Shown here: piece after piece, positions 26,420 to 34,361 of the stretch | How the letters are laid out: every line of letters begins with the position of its first letter | How positions within the stretch are numbered: the stretch's first letter is position 1 | Source: Candidatus Daviesbacteria bacterium | GTDB lineage: Bacteria > Patescibacteriota > Microgenomatia > Daviesbacterales > UBA10151 | Assembly (NCBI GenBank): GCA_027451625.1 | Contig: DAIDIY010000011.1 | Coordinates: forward strand, 1-59,951 | Reading direction: 5' to 3' | Length of the DNA stretch: 59,951 nucleotides | Translations under genes and position numbers: made by a program | Notes under the pieces: model-generated | What the model saw: the letters and a program-made list of their open reading frames with translations, nothing else | Told to the model about the DNA's origin: nothing | Database searches by the model: none

Positions 26420-26944
26420 ATGAAAAGACAAGTAATACTAGTATCGCTTTTTGCTTTGTTTGTCTTACCGGCGCCTGTTCAAGCCAGAACAACACCTAAC
26501 GATATATATCAACAAAGGCAAGAAGAGTTTCGAAATGATTTAGCTAAAATACAAAATCCAACTAAGAAAGATTTAGTGATTAAAGCAAATAGTGAGCTTT
26601 ATGATATTAATCAACAGATATGTGATCGCTTCGAGATTGATATATATAAAATGGCAGCTGTTTTGGATGAAGAGAAAAAGCGTCAAGGTGTAACGCATAC
26701 AATAGTTGCTTATGGCCAAGGAAATACTCCGCTTGATCAGGCAGCTTATTATTTAAACTATGCCGAAGAGGCACTTGCTTATCAGCGCATTCAAGATTAT
26801 ACCCCTAATCTGTCAAATGGAGATGTTTCTGAATCTGTAGTTAAGAGTAAAGATTTGCTGGAAAATAATTTAGAAGTTTTACAGGAAAAAATACTAACTG
26901 CTAAAGCGGAGATTAATAAGGCATTAGATTACTATGAAAAATAA
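26420..26944 (+). CDS. hypothetical secreted helical protein
   Basis: The ATG at 26420 gives a signal peptide, MKRQVILVSLFALFVLPAPVQA. The longer track start (26333) overlaps the previous gene. Confidence 0.5.
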   Translation: MKRQVILVSLFALFVLPAPVQARTTPNDIYQQRQEEFRNDLAKIQNPTKKDLVIKANSELYDINQQICDRFEIDIYKMAAVLDEEKKRQGVTHTIVAYGQGNTPLDQAAYYLNYAEEALAYQRIQDYTPNLSNGDVSESVVKSKDLLENNLEVLQEKILTAKAEINKALDYYEK

Positions 26945-27212
26945 AAAATTTCTGTTTGTTATTTTATTTCTCACTGTCATAGGATTTATTCTATACTTGC
27001 TACCGAAACATCTACAGGCTTCAAATCTTACTGTGAGCTCTTTATCTACTCCAAAATTTACTCCTACTTCTTCTCCTAGTCCTACAATGGGTATTCCTAA
27101 ATTCAATTTTAATAAATCAACTAATTTAAAAGAAGAGCTTCAGACAGTAGATCCTAAGATAGATACTAATGATTTTTCTCCGTTGCAGCAGATTATATCT
27201 TCACTGAAATAA
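26934..27212 (+). CDS. hypothetical small single-pass membrane protein
   Basis: 92 aa. TM segment FLFVILFLTVIGFILYLL and a Ser/Thr/Pro stretch. 11-nt overlap with the upstream gene. Confidence 0.4.
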   Translation: MKNKKFLFVILFLTVIGFILYLLPKHLQASNLTVSSLSTPKFTPTSSPSPTMGIPKFNFNKSTNLKEELQTVDPKIDTNDFSPLQQIISSLK

Positions 27213-27358
27213 AGAAAAGTAACTATATGAACTGGATTTATCCAAAGAAAATAATATTTACTTTACTGGATAAGTCAATAAAAGAATTAAAGGCTCCACT
27301 ATCTGGATGATGATAGTTTTCCTGTAAATATCTAGTAAACTGTTTTTAATGTGTGTAT

Positions 27359-27610
27359 TCATCTTTTAATCACAGCTCCTTGAATGTAAAGTAGGAGTAA
27401 AGATCCAGCCATTGCCACCAAAAATGAAGATAGATTAAATCCTGTAATACTAACATTAAGTATTAGACTACCTAAAAATCCTCCTAACAAAGATCCCGCT
27501 ATTCCAACTAGGATTGATCCCCATATACCATCTCGTGATGCTCCTGGATCAAGTATATAAGTAAATATCCCTATCAAACTCCCGAATACCAACCAGGCTA
27601 ATACATTCAT
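27359..27610 (-). CDS. GlsB/YeaQ/YmgE family (transglycosylase-associated) stress membrane protein
   Basis: 83 aa. LAWLVFGSLIGIFTYIL...GIWGSILVGIAGSLLGGFLGSL is the typical Gly-zipper pattern. Confidence 0.75.
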   Translation of the reverse strand: MNVLAWLVFGSLIGIFTYILDPGASRDGIWGSILVGIAGSLLGGFLGSLILNVSITGFNLSSFLVAMAGSLLLLYIQGAVIKR

Positions 27611-27672
27611 TAGGCTAAATGATAAGTAACAGTTATGATAGAGGGAAAAAATTTACGTAAGAGTTTAGTCAA

Positions 27673-28236
27673 CTAGCTCTTACCAGTAATTATAACTATA
27701 TTAAATGGAGTAAGCTTAGATTCTGAAACTAAGGAAACTTTAGTGAATTCTTTTTGTAAAAGATCAACTAAAGGTTTTAAATCAGTAGAATTCAGATTGG
27801 ATGAGTAGTTTACTATTGTATGAGGCTGATTTTGAGAGTCGGCATTTCCAATCTGGATGTCTTTAAAGTTTAAATCACTAATTAATGTTTTTACTTTACC
27901 TGCCTGTCCGGAGATTCCGCTACCATTTAAAACCTGTACAGAAATCTGATCAAGATTAATTTGATCAACAGTAGGAGTGGGAGGGGTAATTCTAGAATTA
28001 ACAAGTGTTGGCTTTATATTAACATTCTGAGCTTCTAGGTTTAAAACCGGAGATTTTAAAGTAGGGAAAAGAGCTATATAGCCAAAAGCTATGCATATTG
28101 TGCTTACTAAAAATAATATAATGACTGCAAATAAAAGTGACGAGTGCTCTTTGTCAAAAAATAATACCTTCAGAGGATGAGAAGGCCTAAACGGGGATTC
28201 AGAAAAAATAACTCCTCTTTTACTCTTTTCTTCCAT
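27673..28236 (-). CDS. LytR_C (LytR cell-envelope-related C-terminal) domain protein, membrane-anchored
   Basis: TM segment LLFAVIILFLVSTICIAFGYIALF. ISVQVLNGSGISGQAGKVKTLISDLNF..IQIGNAD is the LytR_C signature. Confidence 0.65.
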   Translation of the reverse strand: MEEKSKRGVIFSESPFRPSHPLKVLFFDKEHSSLLFAVIILFLVSTICIAFGYIALFPTLKSPVLNLEAQNVNIKPTLVNSRITPPTPTVDQINLDQISVQVLNGSGISGQAGKVKTLISDLNFKDIQIGNADSQNQPHTIVNYSSNLNSTDLKPLVDLLQKEFTKVSLVSESKLTPFNIVIITGKS

Positions 28237-28270
28237 AAAAACACTTCTAGTTTAACACAAATATTTAAAA

Positions 28271-28510
28271 TTGACTTTAAGAAAATTAAAGATTAAAACA
28301 AAAAATCCTGTGGAACAATTATTGTTATCATTTTTACATAATCTTAATTTTTATCTTCCCAGAGATTTTATAGGGTTTATTTGGGGAGTGGTTATTTTAC
28401 TTTTACCTGTTTATTTGATTTTTAATCTATTGATATGGGTTTTTCAAGTCTCTTCAGACCCCCAAGAAGGAATAACAAAAAAAAATAACTCTAAAAAAGA
28501 TGAAAAATAA
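28271..28510 (+). CDS. hypothetical small membrane protein
   Basis: 79 aa, TTG start, one long hydrophobic segment, Lys-rich tail. Confidence 0.3.
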   Translation: MTLRKLKIKTKNPVEQLLLSFLHNLNFYLPRDFIGFIWGVVILLLPVYLIFNLLIWVFQVSSDPQEGITKKNNSKKDEK

Positions 28511-28530
28511 TTTAAATGTATACTTTAGAG

Positions 28531-28974
28531 TTAACGGTGAGGAGTAAATTTTTTAACTAGCTTAGCAGTGTATATAATTTCTCTTACTTCTCCATCATCG
28601 CCTTCGATTTCATTTACTCCTGATAATCGTTGATATTCTTTTAGATAATCAGACAAAGCCTCTTGCATCTGTTTAAGTTCACCTCTTGAGTTTGCGACTT
28701 TTTGAGCCAGATCCGCTGCTTGTGGCTGTTTTAAGATTTGAGATTTAGTCATTGATTTTAGCTTACTCGCTTCTTTGGCTTTCTTGTCATGCTCTTTATA
28801 GGTAGAGTCGTTGTTGAGAATATCGTCTATAATTCCTTGCTGTTTTTGAATCTCTTCTTCTAATTGACTAATGCCTGAAATGTGACTTTTTATCATTTGC
28901 TCTAAATTAATAAGAACTAAACCCTGATTATTTTCGTCTTGAGAAGTGGACTGATCTGGTTGCATATCTATCAA
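28531..28974 (-). CDS. hypothetical coiled-coil protein downstream of ruvB
   Basis: 147 aa with heptad-rich Gln/Glu/Lys sequence and a short C-terminal beta-like segment, EVREIIYTAKLV. Same strand as ruvCAB, 68 nt after ruvB. Confidence 0.45.
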   Translation of the reverse strand: MIDMQPDQSTSQDENNQGLVLINLEQMIKSHISGISQLEEEIQKQQGIIDDILNNDSTYKEHDKKAKEASKLKSMTKSQILKQPQAADLAQKVANSRGELKQMQEALSDYLKEYQRLSGVNEIEGDDGEVREIIYTAKLVKKFTPHR

Positions 28975-29042
28975 ATATAAAAGCTCGATAGATTGATTTC
29001 AAGAGGGTATTTTTTATATTCCACTTTTTAATTTAGTTTTTT

Positions 29043-30062
29043 TTACAGTAGTTGTTGCTGGGAATGGACTTTCTTGCCTAAATGATCATAAGCGTTTTTG
29101 GTTACTTTACGTCCCCTAGGAGTACGTTCTAAAAAACCAATCTGCATCAGATATGGCTCAATAACCTCCTCTAAGGTTCCTATATCTTCTGATAAAGTAG
29201 CTGCTAGCGTCTCTATCCCTACTGGACCTCCAGAGAACTTATCTATAATTGTTAAAAGCAGTCTTCTATCTGAATCATCTAGTCCTAATGGATCAATCTC
29301 TAGTAGCTCGAAAGTCTCCTGTAACAGCCTTTGGTTTATGATAGAAGTGTTTTGAAATTCTGCCATATCGCGAACTCTTTTTAGTAGCCTTAATGCTATC
29401 CTAGGAGTACCTCGAGCTCTTTTAGCTAGTTCCAAAGTTTCTTGTTCTCCAATTTTAAAGTTAAGTTTTTTTGATGCTTGAGAGATAATCACACCCAGGT
29501 CTTCAGGTGTATAAAACGATAGACGATGGATAACTCCAAATCTATCCCTTAGCGGATTAGAGATCAGACCAATTCTGGTAGTTGCCCCAATGATTGTAAT
29601 ATGGGGTAAATCTAATCTTAAAGTTTTAGCTGCTGGACCCTTGCCTATGATAATATCGAGGGCAAAATCTTCCATTGCAGGATAAAGTGTTTCTTCAACG
29701 ACCTTATTTAGGCGGTGAATCTCATCAATAAATAAAACATCGTGGGGCTCTAGATTAGTAAGGATAGATGCTAGGTCTCCTGCCCTTTCAACTGCAGGAC
29801 CTGAGGTTATACGTATATTAACCCCCATCTCTTTTGCTATTAAATGCGCTAAGGTCGTTTTTCCGAGCCCAGGAGGACCGTATAGTAAGGTGTGCTCCAT
29901 TGATTCTGCACGCTTTTTTGCTGCTGATATAGCAACATGTAAAGATTTTTTAATTTTTGTCTGGCCTATAAACTCATTCCAAGCTGACGCACGGAGTGTG
30001 TTTATAAGAATTTCTTCTTCGGGAGAAGAAGTAATTTTCTCTTGGTTGTTTGTTTTATTCAT
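29043..30062 (-). CDS. ruvB: Holliday junction branch-migration ATPase RuvB
   Basis: Walker A motif [11 protein letters not shown], Walker B motif [19 protein letters not shown]. Confidence 0.95.
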   Translation of the reverse strand: MNKTNNQEKITSSPEEEILINTLRASAWNEFIGQTKIKKSLHVAISAAKKRAESMEHTLLYGPPGLGKTTLAHLIAKEMGVNIRITSGPAVERAGDLASILTNLEPHDVLFIDEIHRLNKVVEETLYPAMEDFALDIIIGKGPAAKTLRLDLPHITIIGATTRIGLISNPLRDRFGVIHRLSFYTPEDLGVIISQASKKLNFKIGEQETLELAKRARGTPRIALRLLKRVRDMAEFQNTSIINQRLLQETFELLEIDPLGLDDSDRRLLLTIIDKFSGGPVGIETLAATLSEDIGTLEEVIEPYLMQIGFLERTPRGRKVTKNAYDHLGKKVHSQQQLL

Positions 30063-30074
30063 GATTAGAGATGA

Positions 30075-30632
30075 TTAATCTTTATTCTTAAGAATTGATG
30101 TCAGTTTATCTTCAATGGTTTCTCCTGAAGCTTTTGATAAAAGCGGGTAAATTTCATTTTTAGAATATCCCATAGATATTAATGCTTCTATCAATTCTGA
30201 TTGTTCTTTGTCTGAGGTAAGATCTATATCAGCTCCTCCACCAATTTTATTTTTTAATTCGATAATTAATTTTTGAGCATTTTTTCGGCCTAGACGAGGG
30301 ATATCTATGAAAAAGTCCAGATTAGACTTTATTATCGCCTCTTCAACCGGTTCTACTCCTTTATCAACAACTAATAGAGCAGTTTTGGGACCAATTCCTG
30401 AAACGTTTAAAACTTTTTTAAAAAGTTGTAGCTCTTCATTGCTGCTGAATCCATATAAATTTATAGCGTCATCTTTAACATCTGTATATATATATAAATG
30501 ATCTTCTTGATCTAAAATCGTACTGCTAAGCTTTCGTGGTAAAGGAGTAATTAAATAACCAACTCCTCCTACGAGCAGGATTAATGTCTCTTTTTGTTTA
30601 TTAATTATTTTCCCAGTTAAGTATCCAATCAT
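30075..30632 (-). CDS. ruvA: Holliday junction DNA-binding protein RuvA
   Basis: MIGYLTGKI start, HhH motifs (VSGIGPKTAL and IPRLGRKNAQKL), and the 185-aa size. Confidence 0.9.
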   Translation of the reverse strand: MIGYLTGKIINKQKETLILLVGGVGYLITPLPRKLSSTILDQEDHLYIYTDVKDDAINLYGFSSNEELQLFKKVLNVSGIGPKTALLVVDKGVEPVEEAIIKSNLDFFIDIPRLGRKNAQKLIIELKNKIGGGADIDLTSDKEQSELIEALISMGYSKNEIYPLLSKASGETIEDKLTSILKNKD

Positions 30633-31123
30633 GGTCTTTGTATAATTTTTTGGAATCTCTCTGAAAAGGCATGAGTTAAAGCAACTGCTACTGCATCAGC
30701 TGTATCATCTTGGGTGATAGGCTTTGATAAATTAAGGATAGATTTTACCATAGCTTGTATCTGTTTTTTGTCCGCTCGGCCATAACCAGTTAAAGTTTGC
30801 TTTACTTGGAGAGGAGTATAGGAATTAATATTTACTCCTTTTTCTGATGCAGCTAAAATTATTACTCCCCGAGCCTGTCCAACTTTAAAAGCTGTTTTAG
30901 AGTTTGCAGCAAAAAATAATTCTTCAACTGCGACTACATCCGGATTATATTTATCCATCAGATCTTTTAAAAAAATATGAATTTTTTCCAATCTAAGTGA
31001 TACGTCATCTTGAGCATGGGTTTCAAAGAGACCATAATCAATTAATTTATAGACACCTGAGATTTTCGTTATTATTCCCCATCCAATTCTCGCAATTCCT
31101 GGATCAATTCCTAAAATAACCAT
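30629..31123 (-). CDS. ruvC: crossover junction endodeoxyribonuclease RuvC
   Basis: ILGIDPGIARIGWG, VAVEELFF, and DDTADAVAVAL catalytic acidic residues. 4-nt overlap with ruvA. Confidence 0.9.
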   Translation of the reverse strand: MVILGIDPGIARIGWGIITKISGVYKLIDYGLFETHAQDDVSLRLEKIHIFLKDLMDKYNPDVVAVEELFFAANSKTAFKVGQARGVIILAASEKGVNINSYTPLQVKQTLTGYGRADKKQIQAMVKSILNLSKPITQDDTADAVAVALTHAFSERFQKIIQRP

Positions 31124-31172
31124 CGAGGTAAGTTTAAGAAAATTATTTAGATTAGTAAAGCGTGACTTGGTC

Positions 31173-31200
31173 TTGAAAAATTTGCCGCTTCTGTTAAAGT
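31173..31200 (+). promoter_or_regulatory. candidate sigma70-type promoter abutting the EndoQ-like start codon
   Basis: TTGAAA (31173-31178), a 16-nt spacer, TAAAGT (31195-31200), then 7 nt to the ATG at 31208. Confidence 0.3.
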
Positions 31201-31207
31201 AAATCGC

Positions 31208-32497
31208 ATGCAGTTGATAGTTGATCTACATCTCCATTCCCATTTCTCACGTGCGACTAGTAAATCCTTAACTCTGGAAGGACTGTATAAATGGGGCAAG
31301 ATAAAAGGAGTAAATGTTATAGGGACAGGAGATTTTACTCACCCTAGTTGGTTTTCTGAATTGAGAGATAAACTAGAGCCAGCAGAACCCGGATTGTTTA
31401 GATTAAAACCAACAATAGCCGCGGATATAGACAAGAGTTTATCAGAGAGTATAAAAAAGCAGGAAATTCGTTTTATTTTAACCTCTGAAATTAGTAATAT
31501 TTATTCAAAGTTAGGTAAAGTTAGAAAACTCCACAATTTAGTGATTGCACCTAGTTTTGAAGATGTATCTAAAATTAATTCTTATTTAGAAAGGATTGGT
31601 AATCTCTCTGCAGATGGTCGTCCTATTTTAGGACTTGATAGTAAAGAACTTCTCAAAATATGCCTTAAAATAAATGAAAATATTCTCTTTATACCGGCGC
31701 ATATCTGGACTCCTTGGTTTGCAATGTTTGGATCAAAATCTGGATTTGACTCTATAAAAGAAGCTTTTGATGAATTGTCAGGAGAGATTGTGGCTGTTGA
31801 AACAGGATTATCATCCGACCCGTGGATGAACTGGAGAATAAAAGAACTGCAAAATATAGCTATAATTTCTAATTCAGATGCTCATTCTCCTCAAAAGATT
31901 GGCAGAGAGGCCACTATCTTTGACTGTCCATTCGATTATTTTCAAATCATTTCCGCTATAAAAAATAATGATGAGAGATTATTGGGAACTATAGAATTCT
32001 TTCCGGAGGAGGGAAAATATCATTTTGATGGACATCGTATATGCAATGTAAAACTATCTGCGGATGAAACTAAAAAACTAGATCGGATATGTCCAGTCTG
32101 CCATCACCAGCTTACAGTAGGAGTAAACTTTAGAGTATCTGAATTAGCTAGTTTTCCAGTTGGATTTAAACCAGAGAATCATAAAAAAGTTGAATATATT
32201 ATTCCATTACCAGAGATCATAGCTGAGCTTAAAGGAGTTTCAGTATCTACTAAAAGCGTCAGTGATACTTTTATTAAAGTCTACAATACTTTAGGAAATG
32301 AGTTCGCTATTCTTCGGAATATCCCAACTAAATTGATATCTGAAGCCGGTTTTCCAGAATTGAGTTTAGCAGTCGACTTAGTCAGAAGAAACAAGGTAGA
32401 AATTGAACCAGGTTATGATGGAGTTTATGGAAAAATTAGACTATTTAAGGACGAAAGGGCAAGAAAAAATTTTGGCGGTCAGATGAGTCTGTTATAG
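31208..32497 (+). CDS. PHP-domain nuclease, endonuclease Q-like (TIGR00375-type)
   Basis: PHP metal motif DLHLHSHFSRATS, GTGDFTHPSWF, IPAHIWTPW, NSDAHSP. Zinc-knuckle HRICN...CPVCHHQLTVGV. 429 aa, immediately upstream of a UvrD-like helicase. Confidence 0.6.
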   Translation: MQLIVDLHLHSHFSRATSKSLTLEGLYKWGKIKGVNVIGTGDFTHPSWFSELRDKLEPAEPGLFRLKPTIAADIDKSLSESIKKQEIRFILTSEISNIYSKLGKVRKLHNLVIAPSFEDVSKINSYLERIGNLSADGRPILGLDSKELLKICLKINENILFIPAHIWTPWFAMFGSKSGFDSIKEAFDELSGEIVAVETGLSSDPWMNWRIKELQNIAIISNSDAHSPQKIGREATIFDCPFDYFQIISAIKNNDERLLGTIEFFPEEGKYHFDGHRICNVKLSADETKKLDRICPVCHHQLTVGVNFRVSELASFPVGFKPENHKKVEYIIPLPEIIAELKGVSVSTKSVSDTFIKVYNTLGNEFAILRNIPTKLISEAGFPELSLAVDLVRRNKVEIEPGYDGVYGKIRLFKDERARKNFGGQMSLL

Positions 32498-32512
32498 GTT
32501 TAACATTCTAAA

Positions 32513-34360
32513 ATGAATGTCATATTTCAAAGAACTTCAGAACAAGAAAAAGCAATAAAGTCCCAGGGGTCAGTTATTGTCAAAGCTGGACCAGGAACAG
32601 GTAAAACGATGACTTTAATAGGAAGGATTTATTTTTTATTAAATGATCTAAAAATCAACCCAGAGGAAATTCTAGTTTTGACTTTCACTCAGAAAGCAGC
32701 CCAGGAGATAAAAGAAAGACTTAATATAGAAAGTGAGAAATCTGCAATTACTGTGGGAACTTTCCATTCTTTTGCACTAGAGGTTCTTTTAGATGAAGGT
32801 CTAAAGATAAAACTTGCGTCAGAGGCGTTACGGCAAAAGATTATCAAGGAGATCATCTTAGAAGAGAGGCTGAAAACTACAGCGAGATCTTTTGCGGAGA
32901 ATGTATCTAATTTTAAAAATTTTAATTCGAATAGCTCTAATTTAAATAAAGATATTTTGTTATATCAGAGTAAATTAGAAAGAGATGACTTAAAAGATTT
33001 TGATGATTTATTATCGATATTTCATACGAAGTTAAAAGAAGACTTAAAACTAAAAAATAAATTACAATCTCGTTTTGGACATATATTAATTGATGAATTC
33101 CAGGATACTAATATACTCCAGTATGAAATTTTAAAGCAAGTCATAAATAGCAGATCTCATTTATTTGTGATCGGAGATCCTAATCAGTCAATTTATGAAT
33201 TCCGAGGTGCTGATGCTCAAGTATTTAGTAGGTTAAAAGACGACTATTCAGAGATTGAAGATATTCGTTTAACAAAAAATTTTAGAAGCTGTCAGGATAT
33301 TGTTCAAGTATCAAACAGACTTTTTCCGAAATCTCCTCTTAATCCAAACCAGACTGATCGAGGAAAGGTAATGCTAATAGAGACTCTAAATGAATATACA
33401 GAGTCTGAATGGATAGTTAATCTTATAACCACCAGTATTGGTGGATTAGATTTAAATCAAGCTGTCTCAAATGATAAAGAAGTAAATTTTTCAGATTTTG
33501 CTATTCTCTATCGAAATCATAATTTATCGAAGATCTTAGTCCAAAAACTTAAAGAGAGTGGAATTCCTTTTCAAAGGATTGGAGAGAGTTCTCTTTATGA
33601 AAAAAAAGAAGTCAGTTTTATAATCTGTGTTCTGAAGTTTTTAAATCATCAAGTTATGGATAATTTTTATTTGATTTTGGAAAATGATTTTTTGAATTTG
33701 GATTATAAAATTTTACATAAAGTCAAAGATTTTAATGGGAAAAAAATATGGCTTGATATGAAATCAAATATATCATCTGAAAAGGGCTTTACTGAGATTG
33801 TTTTAAAGCTTGAAGAATTGATTAAGTCTTTTAAAGATGGAGTAGGGCTGCAACAATTAGTCTTAAGTATTTGTGATAAATTTCAAATAAAAAACGAAAG
33901 CACTAACTTGGACATTGAACAATTTTTATCTATATTGATTCAGTTTGGAAACGATAATTATTCAATAGATAAATTTATACACTTTATATCCTGGTTAAAT
34001 GAAAATAATTTTTATGATAAGAAGAGTAATAAAGTTGTTCTTTCAACAATTCATTCAGCTAAAGGTTTAGAGTTTAAATATGTAGTCGTTATGGGATTTG
34101 AAGATAATTTAATCCCGATAATTAAAGGTGGAAGCATTAAAGAAGAGAAACGTCTATTATACGTTGCAATGACAAGAGCTAAAAATGAGCTTTATTTAAC
34201 ATATACTCGGATAAGAAATAAGCGGAAAACCAAAATTTCTCAATTTAAAAATATTATAAAAGGAGAAGGTATTGTGGAAATGGTTGATAAATCACTTGAA
34301 AGACGTATTAAGGCAAAAGAAAAATGGAAGTTAAGAAATTCTCAATTGAAATTTTTTTAA
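32513..34360 (+). CDS. UvrD/PcrA/Rep family SF1 DNA helicase (short form)
   Basis: Motif I AGPGTGKT, Ia TFTQKAAQEIKERL, II ILIDEFQDTN, III GDPNQSIYEFRGA, IV KNFRS, V STIHSAKGLEFKYVVV, VI LLYVAMTRAKNEL. Confidence 0.9.
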   Translation: MNVIFQRTSEQEKAIKSQGSVIVKAGPGTGKTMTLIGRIYFLLNDLKINPEEILVLTFTQKAAQEIKERLNIESEKSAITVGTFHSFALEVLLDEGLKIKLASEALRQKIIKEIILEERLKTTARSFAENVSNFKNFNSNSSNLNKDILLYQSKLERDDLKDFDDLLSIFHTKLKEDLKLKNKLQSRFGHILIDEFQDTNILQYEILKQVINSRSHLFVIGDPNQSIYEFRGADAQVFSRLKDDYSEIEDIRLTKNFRSCQDIVQVSNRLFPKSPLNPNQTDRGKVMLIETLNEYTESEWIVNLITTSIGGLDLNQAVSNDKEVNFSDFAILYRNHNLSKILVQKLKESGIPFQRIGESSLYEKKEVSFIICVLKFLNHQVMDNFYLILENDFLNLDYKILHKVKDFNGKKIWLDMKSNISSEKGFTEIVLKLEELIKSFKDGVGLQQLVLSICDKFQIKNESTNLDIEQFLSILIQFGNDNYSIDKFIHFISWLNENNFYDKKSNKVVLSTIHSAKGLEFKYVVVMGFEDNLIPIIKGGSIKEEKRLLYVAMTRAKNELYLTYTRIRNKRKTKISQFKNIIKGEGIVEMVDKSLERRIKAKEKWKLRNSQLKFF

Positions 34361-34361
34361 T

